Source: Candidatus Omnitrophota bacterium
GTDB taxonomy: Bacteria > Omnitrophota > Gorgyraeia > 2-01-FULL-45-10
Assembly (NCBI GenBank): GCA_003142795.1
Contig: PLNN01000019.1
Location: forward strand, 51,991-115,990
DNA length: 64,000 nucleotides
Direction of reading: 5' to 3'
Of this stretch, positions 55,500-64,000 are shown in pieces. The notes under the pieces were generated by a model. The model had not been told where the DNA came from. It worked only from the letters and a program-made list of their open reading frames with translations, and did not search any database. Made by a program: the position numbers and the translations under genes. Every line of letters starts with the position of its first letter. Position 1 is the stretch's first letter.

Positions 55500-56411
55500 A
55501 TGAAAAAAAAGCGCGGATTTTTCGCAAAGCTTAACGAGCAGAAGTGGTCATTCCTTTTTATAGCGCCCGCCGTGCTTCTGTTCGTCATATTCGTATTGGG
55601 CCCATTGGTCGCTTCCCTGTACTGGTCATTCACGGAATATAACGGCATCACCGCTCCGAAATGGGTAGGCCTGGCCAATTACAAGAACATATTCTTTAAC
55701 GATCCGCGTTTTTGGACGTCCATCCGGAATACGGTATTTTACACCGTAGGCATAATTCCAGCGGGAGTTATCTTATCACTGCTCCTGGCAATGGCCATTG
55801 ACCAGCGCATAAGGTTCAAGAATTTTTTCATGGTCATATATTTCATCCCGTCGGTAACATCGGTCATAGCGCTCTCAGTAATATGGAAATGGCTCTTCGC
55901 CGGAGAGAAATACGGGCTCATCAATTACTTTTTGATATCGATCGGCCTGAAGCCGATAGACTGGCTGATGAGTCCTATCTGGACGCTGCCCGCTATCATT
56001 ATAATGTCGATCTGGGCCGGCATAGGATACAACATGATACTCTTCCTGGCGGGCCTGCAGACCATTCCCACGAGTGTATATGAGGCGGCCGACATTGACG
56101 GCGCGAATACCTGGGAGAAATTCTGCAACATAACGCTCCCTCTCTTAAAGCCGACGATGGTCTTTGTAGTCATAATGGGCTTCATAGCGTCATTCCAGGT
56201 CTTTGAACGTATATATATAATGACCGAATCGGAATTCGGCATAGGAGGCGTGCTCGATTCCGCGCTCACGGTAGTCGCGTACTTGTACGACATGGGCTTC
56301 AGGAAACTCCAGATGGGCTATGCCTCGGCGCTCGGTTACATAATCTTCATGGTAATATTCGTGATCACATTGATAAACCTGAGATTCATAAAGGCAAAGG
56401 TCGACTATTAG
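55500..56411 (+). CDS. Carbohydrate ABC transporter permease (MalF/UgpA-type)
   Basis: Six predicted TM helices and the EAA loop YEAADIDGANTWEKFCNITLPLLKP. Confidence 0.85.
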   Translation: MKKKRGFFAKLNEQKWSFLFIAPAVLLFVIFVLGPLVASLYWSFTEYNGITAPKWVGLANYKNIFFNDPRFWTSIRNTVFYTVGIIPAGVILSLLLAMAIDQRIRFKNFFMVIYFIPSVTSVIALSVIWKWLFAGEKYGLINYFLISIGLKPIDWLMSPIWTLPAIIIMSIWAGIGYNMILFLAGLQTIPTSVYEAADIDGANTWEKFCNITLPLLKPTMVFVVIMGFIASFQVFERIYIMTESEFGIGGVLDSALTVVAYLYDMGFRKLQMGYASALGYIIFMVIFVITLINLRFIKAKVDY

Positions 56412-56423
56412 TAAGCCCCTTCA

Positions 56424-56452
56424 TTGACAGGCAGTTATGGAAGTGCTATAAT
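56424..56452 (+). promoter_or_regulatory. Consensus sigma-70 promoter with extended -10 (TTGACA-17-TGcTATAAT) upstream of the GH130 gene
   Basis: TTGACA 56424-56429, TATAAT 56447-56452, exact 17-bp spacer, TG at 56444-56445. RBS agagagga precedes ATG 56511. Confidence 0.7.
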
Positions 56453-56510
56453 TTCCATCTATTTATATAAAATATAACTGATAAACAATACACACAAAGA
56501 GAGGAAAATA

Positions 56511-57455
56511 ATGATGAAGGCAGCCAAATATCCTATATGCAAGCGGTATGAGGGGAATCCTATATTGACGGGTAAAGATTTCCCGGCCGAGGCCGATATT
56601 AAAAATGTTTTTAATTCCGGCATCGTGAAACACAATGGTAAGTATCTGATGATCTGCCGGGTGGAGAATTCCGCTTTGCTTGACCGCTTCTGGATAGCGG
56701 AGAGTGCGGACGGTTATCATTTTAAGCCGTGGCCGAAGCCGATGGATATGCCCCACGACGATCCGTTATTCAAGCAATATTCCTCCAGCATGTATTATGA
56801 CCCGCGCGTGACAAAAATAGGGGATACATTTTACATGGTCCATGCCGCGCACAGCGGACATACCTGCCGGTTGAGCCTGATGAAGACAAAAGACTTTAAA
56901 AAGGTTCAATGGATGGGGTTTATTTCCGAAACAGATAATCGCAATGGGGTGCTTTTCCCGGAGAAGATCAACGGGTTGTACGCGCGCCTCGACCGGCCCA
57001 ATACCGGATCCAATAACGGCGATATCTGGATATCTTATTCTCCGGATCTGGTTTATTGGGGAAAGAGTGAATGCGTCTTCAGGAACTGGGAAGGGATACG
57101 CTGGGCCTGGACAAAGATCGGGGCCGGAGCCGTTCCTATCAGGACAAAAGAGGGATGGCTGACCATTTTCCACGGAGTACGCACTCAATGCCATTCTCAT
57201 TATGTTTATCAATTAGGTGTTTGTCTTTTGGACCTGAAGGATCCTGCAAAAGTCAAGGCTATGGCTGAAGACGCGATCTTGATCCCCGAGGAGCAATACG
57301 AACTTGTGGGACAGACTCCCAGCGTGGTCTTTACCTGCGGCGCTGTGGTGGAGGATAACGGCGAGGTTAAAATTTATTACGGCGGCGCTGATACGGTTCA
57401 ATGCGTAGCTACCACAAGCGTCCAGCGGCTTATCGACGCATGTCATAATCGCTAA
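56511..57455 (+). CDS. Glycoside hydrolase family 130-like beta-mannoside phosphorylase or hydrolase
   Basis: GH130 hallmarks are present: an N-terminal YEGNPIL-type motif, GIVKHNGKYLMI, DPRV and NRNGVLFPEKINGLYARLDRP. Confidence 0.7.
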   Translation: MMKAAKYPICKRYEGNPILTGKDFPAEADIKNVFNSGIVKHNGKYLMICRVENSALLDRFWIAESADGYHFKPWPKPMDMPHDDPLFKQYSSSMYYDPRVTKIGDTFYMVHAAHSGHTCRLSLMKTKDFKKVQWMGFISETDNRNGVLFPEKINGLYARLDRPNTGSNNGDIWISYSPDLVYWGKSECVFRNWEGIRWAWTKIGAGAVPIRTKEGWLTIFHGVRTQCHSHYVYQLGVCLLDLKDPAKVKAMAEDAILIPEEQYELVGQTPSVVFTCGAVVEDNGEVKIYYGGADTVQCVATTSVQRLIDACHNR

Positions 57456-57493
57456 AGCTTAAAAGCGCAAAAAATAAAAAGGAGAGAACACCA

Positions 57494-58963
57494 ATGGAAG
57501 AAGCTGTCCCTGTTAATAGGAGGAAAGTTGAGAGGCGGAAAGCTCTGCGAGATCGTCTTCCGTGGTTTACCAAGTTAGCCTATAGTCTTGGCACGGCCGT
57601 TGATATGTGGGGTCTATGGTTATACCCGGCCGTTGCTTTTGCGGTCTTCAACATGTATTTGGGTGTTCAGCCGTGGCTGGTAGGCTTGGCGCTTACGTTG
57701 ATCCGGATATGGGATGCCCTTATCGACCCTATAGTGGGATGGCTGTCCGATAATTTGCGTACCAAATGGGGCCGCCGGCGTCCATTTATTTTGATAGGTG
57801 GTATTTTAAGTGGACTATGCCTGCCGGTTTTGTTCCTGGTGTCACCGTCCTGGGCGTCGATGAAATTCCTAGGCGTGTCTGTGGTGTTCTGGTATATGAT
57901 GTTGTCCACCATGTTGTATTATCCGATAGTCAGCTGTTTTACCGTACCCTACTATAGTTTGGGCGCGGAAATGTCGCCTGATTATGAAGAGCGCACCTCC
58001 ATCATGTCTTATCGCAGTATGACACAAAAGGTCTCGGAATTGGGCAATTTTTATGCTTTGCGTTTTACCAACCTGGCCTGGTTCCTTATTCCCGGAACGG
58101 CACAAAAAAATACTCTCCTGGGAATGCGGATCTACACATGCATATTGGGCGTGGTAATGGCTCTTTTTGCCGTAATAATTTTCTTCAGGGTCAAAGAACG
58201 CTACTACCATACAGTGGTGGTGAAGGTTAAAGAAAAGGTTTCGATCTTGAGTTCCCTGGGTGAGACCCTTAGGTGTAAGCCATTCCGTCAGCTGATGGTC
58301 ATGGGCGGCGCTTTTACTTTGGGTACGAGTATGGTGGGCTCGCTTGGATATTATGCCACGGTTTTTTATGTAGCCGAGGGCAACAGGATCATGGGAGATA
58401 ATTGGCAGTTTTGGATGGGTGTGGCCTTTATGATAGGCGGCCTTATAGGGGTTCCGCTGCATGCGCAGCTTGCGCATAAGATCGGCAAGCGCGAGGCAGC
58501 AGTGGTAGCCTGCGTCATAGGCATATGCGGTTACGGCGGTTCATGGTTCCTTTATACGCCGGCGATCAAGTGGCTGCAGATGATATCATCGGCTTTGATG
58601 GGGATGGCTGCGGCTTCTCTCTGGATGCTGCATAGCGCAATCGGCGCCGACATTATGGACTACGACGAGCTAAATACGGGCAGACGAAGGGAAGGTTCTT
58701 TCACTGCCTGTGGTTCCTATATCCTAAAATTAGGAAATTCACTCGGGTATTATGTTTCCGGCCTTATTTTGACATGGGCGGGTTTTACCTGGAATCTCAA
58801 GGTGCAGGCGCCGCAAACCATATTCTGGATCCGCTCAAGCCTCGCTTCTTTGCCGGTCGTAGGCCTGATCGTCGCTATCATTTTTGTTATGCGTGTTCCG
58901 CTCACAAGAGAAAGATCCGAGGATATCCGCGATAGTCTCGAAGAGCGCAGAGGCACGGTGTAA
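57494..58963 (+). CDS. MFS transporter, glycoside-pentoside-hexuronide (GPH):cation symporter family
   Basis: RBS aaggagag. Twelve TM helices. GPH signature LIRIWDALIDPIVGWLSDNLRTKWGRRRPF. Confidence 0.8.
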   Translation: MEEAVPVNRRKVERRKALRDRLPWFTKLAYSLGTAVDMWGLWLYPAVAFAVFNMYLGVQPWLVGLALTLIRIWDALIDPIVGWLSDNLRTKWGRRRPFILIGGILSGLCLPVLFLVSPSWASMKFLGVSVVFWYMMLSTMLYYPIVSCFTVPYYSLGAEMSPDYEERTSIMSYRSMTQKVSELGNFYALRFTNLAWFLIPGTAQKNTLLGMRIYTCILGVVMALFAVIIFFRVKERYYHTVVVKVKEKVSILSSLGETLRCKPFRQLMVMGGAFTLGTSMVGSLGYYATVFYVAEGNRIMGDNWQFWMGVAFMIGGLIGVPLHAQLAHKIGKREAAVVACVIGICGYGGSWFLYTPAIKWLQMISSALMGMAAASLWMLHSAIGADIMDYDELNTGRRREGSFTACGSYILKLGNSLGYYVSGLILTWAGFTWNLKVQAPQTIFWIRSSLASLPVVGLIVAIIFVMRVPLTRERSEDIRDSLEERRGTV

Positions 58964-60622
58964 GTGGAATTAAAGTTCGGCACAAGCGGATTAAGAGATA
59001 CGGTTGAGAATATGACCGATATGGAATGTTATGTTAATGCAAGGGGTTTCATTGCGTATCTTAAAGAGACAGGAGAATTTAAAGAAGGCGATTGTATCGC
59101 AATAGGCGGGGATAGAAGGCCCAGCACGTATAAGATAAAAAGGGCCGTTGCAGGGGCTACTTGTGATATGGGCGGCATAGCAGACGATCAAGGACAGGTT
59201 CCCAGTCCTGCTTTAGCTTATTATGCAATGCGCAATAATATGGCCAGTATCATGGTTACAGGCAGTCATATACCGGCTGATAGGAATGGTATAAAGTTCA
59301 CAAAACGAACGGGCGAGATATTGAAATCGGATGAGCCGGGTATTCTGGAAAATGTCCGAAAAGAAAGAATAAAAGTTCATTTCAATCTTGAAGAAGATTC
59401 GATTTTTGATAAAAAAGGAAATTTTAAAACAACAGTTGAGCCCAAGTTTAATGAGCTCTTAAGAGATAAATGTTATACAGGCAAGGCTCGCGAATTATAT
59501 ATAGACAGGTATAGAAGCGTATTCGGGAATAATTTTTTTCCTGAGGGGACAAAAATATTCCTGTATCAACATTCTGCCGTGGCTAGAGACATCGTAAAAG
59601 AGATCTTTGAAAGTTTAGGCGCGCAAGTTTTTGCGCCTGATATCGAGATAGATAATGTTCCTTTAAGAAGCGATGAGTTTGTCCCGGTTGACACCGAAAG
59701 TGTTTCTGACAAGACTTTATCGCTCTTTAAGAAGGTTCTCCTGGATAATGATCTCGATATCGGGATAACGCTAGACGGCGATTCGGATAGACCGCTTCTT
59801 GTTTACAGGGAATGTGAAGAAGGTAAACCGAAAAACTCTGTAAAATATATAACAGGCGATATTTTAGGGTTGCTTGCCATATTGGGTCTGGAAAAATTAA
59901 ATATAAAAGTAGACGCCGTGTGTGTTCCTGTCAGCGCAAATGACGCTATTATAAAGGTCTGTAAAGAAAAAGGCATAGAATTGACCCAGACCAGGATAGG
60001 GTCGCCTTTTGTTATTGCCGCAATGAATGATTCTATCGCAAGCCATTCAGGCGAATGGAATGTGTTTGCGTGGGAATCGAACGGCGGTTTTCTAACAGGG
60101 ACCGATCTTAAGATAGGAGATAAAACCCTTAGGGCTTTACCTACCAGAGATGCGGTGCTTCCGTTAATAAGCGTTATACATTTGGTCGTAAAAAGCGGAA
60201 TGGGCGTTTCAGGATTAATAAAAACGCTCCCTAAAAGGTTCACGCATGCGGATAGAAAAAAAGAATTTCCTGTGGAAATGAGTAAGCGCATAATCAGTTA
60301 TTTGACTCCTAAAGATCTGAATGACGCGGAAGAGCTGGAAGAAATTAAAAAAAGAATAGAGGAAGCGTTCTTGAGTGAGGATGGTTTTGGAAAAGTTAAG
60401 AGCATAGATTATACAGATGGGATAAAGATATTTTTTGATAATGGTGAGATATCGCATCTCAGGCCATCCGGTAATGCGCCGGAGTTCAGGAATTATGCTA
60501 TCGCGGATTCGCAAGGCAGAGCGCGGGAAATGGTGCGGATAGGGATCGAGAAGGTAATGCCGAGGTTAGCTGAGACCGGCGGGCAGAAAGTGGGCATAAA
60601 ACGAGCGGTATGGAAAATCTAA
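58964..60622 (+). CDS. Alpha-D-phosphohexomutase (phosphoglucomutase or phosphomannomutase family)
   Basis: GTG start immediately after the MFS stop. Motifs are FGTSGLRD, TGSHIPADRNG (catalytic Ser), TLDGDSDRP (metal loop) and HLRPSGNAPEFRNY (phosphate loop). It is paralogous to ORF3 43700-45520. Confidence 0.8.
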   Translation: MELKFGTSGLRDTVENMTDMECYVNARGFIAYLKETGEFKEGDCIAIGGDRRPSTYKIKRAVAGATCDMGGIADDQGQVPSPALAYYAMRNNMASIMVTGSHIPADRNGIKFTKRTGEILKSDEPGILENVRKERIKVHFNLEEDSIFDKKGNFKTTVEPKFNELLRDKCYTGKARELYIDRYRSVFGNNFFPEGTKIFLYQHSAVARDIVKEIFESLGAQVFAPDIEIDNVPLRSDEFVPVDTESVSDKTLSLFKKVLLDNDLDIGITLDGDSDRPLLVYRECEEGKPKNSVKYITGDILGLLAILGLEKLNIKVDAVCVPVSANDAIIKVCKEKGIELTQTRIGSPFVIAAMNDSIASHSGEWNVFAWESNGGFLTGTDLKIGDKTLRALPTRDAVLPLISVIHLVVKSGMGVSGLIKTLPKRFTHADRKKEFPVEMSKRIISYLTPKDLNDAEELEEIKKRIEEAFLSEDGFGKVKSIDYTDGIKIFFDNGEISHLRPSGNAPEFRNYAIADSQGRAREMVRIGIEKVMPRLAETGGQKVGIKRAVWKI

Positions 60623-61467
60623 AGAGCAAGCACTTCCAAAATGTCGCGATAAAGGGCGTGATATACGCATTCCTTTTCATCGGCGCGATCTCCATAGCGA
60701 TCCCCTATGTCTGGATGTTCGTCACCAGCATAAAGCCCGTCGAAGAGGTGCAGTCGTACCCGCCTTCATTCATAGTGAAGCATCCGACGCTCTTACCTTA
60801 TCACGACCTCTTCCGGCTTATCCCGATACTGAGGTACGTCTGGAACTCCATATACGTCTCGGCTACCGTCACCATTGCCAACGTATTCTTCTGCTCGCTG
60901 GCAGGTTACGCATTCGCCAAACATCGGTTCTGGGGCCGCGATAAGATATTCTTTGTCCTCTTAGGTTCGCTCATGATACCGTGGCAGGTCAATCTCATTT
61001 CAGGATTCATATTGATAAGGAAGCTGGGTTGGCTTAATTCGTATAACGCATTGATCGTCCCGGTCATGGCAGGCGTATTCGGCATATTCCTGTGCAGGCA
61101 ATTCATAATGGCCATACCCGACGACCTGGTGGACGCGGCTAAGATAGACGGATGCAGCGAATTCACTATCTACAGGCTCGTCATACTTCCCCTGATAAAA
61201 CCGGTCCTCGCGACGCTGGCGATATTAACGTTCCTGCAGCAGTGGAACAACTTCATATGGCCTCTCATAGTGATAAACTCGAGCGAGATGCGCACGTTGC
61301 CGCTCGCCCTTTCCGTTCTCAATGGCCAATTCGGCACGAGATTCGCGATAGTCATGGCAGGCGCAGTCGTGGCGACGACGCCGATGCTCATTGTTTTCCT
61401 CGCGTTCCAGAAGTATTTCATGGAGGGGGTAGCGATGACGGGGCTTAAGGGATATAGCAAAATGTAG
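60610..61467 (+). CDS. Carbohydrate ABC transporter permease (MalG/UgpE-type)
   Basis: Overlaps the upstream gene by 13 nt. EAA loop DAAKIDGCSEFTIYRLVILPLIKP. Six TM helices. Confidence 0.85.
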   Translation: MENLKSKHFQNVAIKGVIYAFLFIGAISIAIPYVWMFVTSIKPVEEVQSYPPSFIVKHPTLLPYHDLFRLIPILRYVWNSIYVSATVTIANVFFCSLAGYAFAKHRFWGRDKIFFVLLGSLMIPWQVNLISGFILIRKLGWLNSYNALIVPVMAGVFGIFLCRQFIMAIPDDLVDAAKIDGCSEFTIYRLVILPLIKPVLATLAILTFLQQWNNFIWPLIVINSSEMRTLPLALSVLNGQFGTRFAIVMAGAVVATTPMLIVFLAFQKYFMEGVAMTGLKGYSKM

Positions 61468-61504
61468 GCCTGGTGCCTAATAAATAGGAGATAAGGAAAA
61501 TAAA

Positions 61505-63157
61505 ATGAGACCAAAGATAAAAAAAATAATTCTATACACGATCTTTAGTTTATTTCTATTTACGAATGTTTCGTGCGCACAGGCTAAAGATGAGCCCTCT
61601 TCCGGCAAAAGGGCGGCACAAGGCTCAAAACCTCCTGCAAGTTCGGAACTTGTAAACCCGCAACATGAGAATGATAACAGCCTGGTCTACCTGAAGGTCC
61701 TCAATGCCGTTGCATCTGGCTTCGACGAGACGCCGGAGTGGGCGCCAAAACCAGACGCCATGGCTGTGGTGGACAGGTCGTTTGAGACCAGGTGGGCTTC
61801 CGGTTATAAGGATGGCGAATGGGTATATATCGATTTCGGTAAACCAAAGACGATGTCCAAGGTAGTGATAAAATGGGAACAGGCTTACGCGCCTAACTAC
61901 GAAGTGCTGACGTCCGATGATGCGAAAACCTGGAAACGGCTTGTCCTTATGGAAGGCCAGACAGGCGGAACGAGCGAAATAGGATTCCAGCCCGTTACGT
62001 GCAGGTATGTAAAATTGGTCGGGCTTACGAGGGTAAACCCTGAATGGGGAATATCTGTATGGGAATTCGAAGCCTATGGCCCCGCGGATAAGAACCCGGG
62101 CGATGTTGCGAACGTAGCGGCCGTTACCAAGAAAGAAAAGACTGCGGAAGAGAAAAAGCTGGAAGCGATAAGGCTCATTACCAACCCGATAGTCCCGTCT
62201 CCCGGCGCCATTACCGTAAATGAATTCCAGAGAGGTGTGAATTATACTTCCTGGTCTACCGACGAACTTAATACAGACATGTCGGATTACAGCCTCATCC
62301 ATCTTTCACAGCTCGGCGTGGGGCACGTTGCCTTGATGGCCGTCTATTACCAGGTCAATCCCGAGTCGAAGGCTATCACTGCGGATGAAAAGAAGACGAC
62401 GAGCGATGAGTCGGTTGGACATGCGATAAATATTATCCATGCGCTTGGCATGAAGGTCATGCTGAAGCCTCACGTGGATCTTGTCGACGAAGAGGCCAGG
62501 ACGAATATCATTCCCAGCGATGATTGGTTCGTAAGCTATAGAAATTTCATACTTCACTACGCGGAACTGGCGGCAAAATATAATGTCGAACTTTTGTGCA
62601 TCGGTACGGAGCTGTCGAATACGACTACGTCGAAATGGAAAGACAAGTGGACCGACATAATAAAGGATATACGCAAAGTTTATAAGGGGTCGCTTACCTA
62701 TGCTGCCAACTGGGATGAGTACGAGACCGTTTCTTTCTGGCCGGAGGTCGACTATATAGGAATGGACGCATATTTCCCGCTTACCAAAGAAAATAATCCC
62801 CCCCTGCAAGCTCTTATAAAAGCATGGGAAGGACAGGCCGCTATCTTAGAGAAATGGCTGAAAGACAATAACCTCAATAAACCCATAATATTTACTGAGG
62901 TGGGCTACGATACCATAGAAGGCTCGAACAGGCAGCCGTGGCGCGTGCTGCCGACGCTTGCTACGCGCAAGGAGAGCCAGGACGAACAGGCGAATTGCCT
63001 ATCCGCTCTTCTGGAGGTCATGACCCAAAAAAGCTGGTTCAAGGGGTTCTACTGGTGGAATTACTTCCCGCGTCCTGACATAGGCGCTTTCGGATACACG
63101 CTTCGCGATAAAAAGGGCGAGAAGATTTTGTCGGAATGGTATAAGAGATTGAAATAA
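61505..63157 (+). CDS. Lipoprotein with F5/8-type-C (discoidin) carbohydrate-binding domain and clan GH-A TIM-barrel glycoside hydrolase domain (mannanase-like)
   Basis: Lipobox FTNVSC after a signal peptide. Discoidin block FETRWASGYKDGEWVYIDF...VWEFEAYG. The C-terminal (beta/alpha)8-like region has candidate catalytic Glu in GTELSN (acid/base) and FTEVGY (nucleophile). Confidence 0.65.
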   Translation: MRPKIKKIILYTIFSLFLFTNVSCAQAKDEPSSGKRAAQGSKPPASSELVNPQHENDNSLVYLKVLNAVASGFDETPEWAPKPDAMAVVDRSFETRWASGYKDGEWVYIDFGKPKTMSKVVIKWEQAYAPNYEVLTSDDAKTWKRLVLMEGQTGGTSEIGFQPVTCRYVKLVGLTRVNPEWGISVWEFEAYGPADKNPGDVANVAAVTKKEKTAEEKKLEAIRLITNPIVPSPGAITVNEFQRGVNYTSWSTDELNTDMSDYSLIHLSQLGVGHVALMAVYYQVNPESKAITADEKKTTSDESVGHAINIIHALGMKVMLKPHVDLVDEEARTNIIPSDDWFVSYRNFILHYAELAAKYNVELLCIGTELSNTTTSKWKDKWTDIIKDIRKVYKGSLTYAANWDEYETVSFWPEVDYIGMDAYFPLTKENNPPLQALIKAWEGQAAILEKWLKDNNLNKPIIFTEVGYDTIEGSNRQPWRVLPTLATRKESQDEQANCLSALLEVMTQKSWFKGFYWWNYFPRPDIGAFGYTLRDKKGEKILSEWYKRLK

Positions 63158-63175
63158 TACCACCCCCGCGCAATT

Positions 63176-63841
63176 ATGCGTATACTGATCGTTGAAGACG
63201 AGAAAAAGATCGCCGAATTCATGAAGCGCGGCCTGAAAGAAGAGGGCTATGCGGTCGACGTTGCCTATGACGGAGAAGAAGGGCAGTTCCTCGCCAGGAC
63301 AAATACCTACGACCTCATCATCCTCGACCTCATGCTTCCGAAGCTCGATGGCATCAGCCTCTGTAAAGGTTTGAGAAAAGAAGGTCTTGCCGTTCCTGTA
63401 ATAATGGTGACAGCGAAGGATGCCGTAGAAGATAAGGTTGCCGGCCTCGATTCCGGAGCGGACGATTATATTACAAAGCCTTTTGCCTTCGAAGAACTTC
63501 TCGCAAGAATAAGGGCGTTATTGAGGAAGAAAGGCGTCCCCGCCACCACGCTCCTTGTAGACGAGCTAACGCTTGATCTGGTCACCCACAAGGTGACGCG
63601 CCGGGGGGCTGAAATAATACTCACCGCTAAAGAATACGCGCTCCTCGAATACATGATGCGCAACGCCGGGAAAGTCATTACCCGTACGATGATCTCGGAA
63701 CACGTCTGGGACACCGATTTCGATACATTCACCAACGTTATAGACGTTTATATAAATTACCTGCGAAAGAAGATAGACGCGGGCAACAGTAAGAAACTGA
63801 TACAGACCGTGCGCGGCCGCGGTTACATGCTGAAAGGCTAA
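63176..63841 (+). CDS. OmpR/PhoB-family response regulator
   Basis: Receiver domain MRILIVEDE...DLIILDLMLP...VIMVTAK and a winged-helix C-terminus ending RGRGYMLKG. Confidence 0.9.
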   Translation: MRILIVEDEKKIAEFMKRGLKEEGYAVDVAYDGEEGQFLARTNTYDLIILDLMLPKLDGISLCKGLRKEGLAVPVIMVTAKDAVEDKVAGLDSGADDYITKPFAFEELLARIRALLRKKGVPATTLLVDELTLDLVTHKVTRRGAEIILTAKEYALLEYMMRNAGKVITRTMISEHVWDTDFDTFTNVIDVYINYLRKKIDAGNSKKLIQTVRGRGYMLKG

Positions 63842-63848
63842 GGTCGGG

Positions 63849-64000
63849 ATGTTCCTCAAAACTATCCGTTTCAAAACCACCATCCTTTATACGGCAATAC
63901 TGGCCATTACGCTGACTTCTTTCAGCGCCATCTTGTACCACAACGTGGCGACCAGCCTTTACAACGGTATGGATACGCTCCTGACCTCGCGCGCAGGCGG
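63849..64000 (+). CDS. Sensor histidine kinase, N-terminal fragment; the 3' end runs off the window
   Basis: ATG is 8 nt after the RR stop. The N-terminal TM helix is TILYTAILAITLTSF. Its position downstream of an OmpR-type RR supports the call. Confidence 0.5.
   Translation, partial: MFLKTIRFKTTILYTAILAITLTSFSAILYHNVATSLYNGMDTLLTSRAG

Noticed and set aside
182-63941. Roughly 150 minus-strand ORFs of 60-280 aa from the six-frame track (for example 42848-43687, 34615-35175, 40794-41327, 57869-58477)
   Set aside because: All lie antisense inside long, well-supported plus-strand genes. Their translations are low-complexity or Ser/Arg/Leu-rich with no recognisable motifs. This is typical of shadow ORFs opposite coding DNA.
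1-64000. Search for CRISPR arrays, tRNA or rRNA genes, and transposase or integrase genes
   Set aside because: There are no short regularly spaced direct repeats, no cloverleaf-compatible segments in the few intergenic regions (all under 250 nt), and no DDE or tyrosine-recombinase-like ORFs. None are reported.

Overview
All credible genes in this 64 kb window are on the + strand, and about 78% of the window (nt 1-50177) is taken up by three consecutive giant open reading frames. ORF1 (nt 1-27915) is at least 9,300 aa. Its frame is open back to nt 1, so the gene probably starts upstream of the window. It is a polytopic membrane protein built from recognisable pieces: at least seven clusters of hydrophobic helices, two TPR blocks, HEAT repeats, an HAD-IIB-like phosphatase domain, a class-I SAM-methyltransferase-like domain, a sigma-70 region-4-like HTH, and four copies of an internally duplicated transmembrane-hairpin module. 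ORF2 (28147-37842, 3231 aa) and ORF3 (38001-50177, 4058 aa) are tandem paralogues. They share a roughly 430-aa N-terminal domain behind a signal peptide or anchor. They also contain enzyme domains that are normally free-standing and cytosolic: a GGxGTR sugar-nucleotidyltransferase motif with a left-handed beta-helix, and in ORF3 a complete phosphohexomutase domain, a complete transaldolase domain with its catalytic residues conserved, and cupin-like segments. Downstream lies a conventional carbohydrate (probably beta-mannoside) utilisation cluster. It holds an HAD-IIB hydrolase, two Gfo/Idh/MocA oxidoreductases, a sugar-phosphate isomerase/epimerase, two ABC permeases, a GH130 phosphorylase, a GPH-family MFS symporter, a free-standing phosphohexomutase paralogous to the ORF3 domain, a discoidin plus clan GH-A hydrolase lipoprotein, and an OmpR-type response regulator followed by a truncated sensor kinase. 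I found no rRNA, tRNA, CRISPR array or transposase. The size and mosaic organisation of the giant genes resemble those reported for Omnitrophota-like lineages, but that is an inference and not a demonstrated placement. The main candidate for an undescribed system is the three-gene giant-protein locus, which fuses hexose-phosphate and GDP-mannose pathway enzyme domains into secreted or membrane megaproteins.
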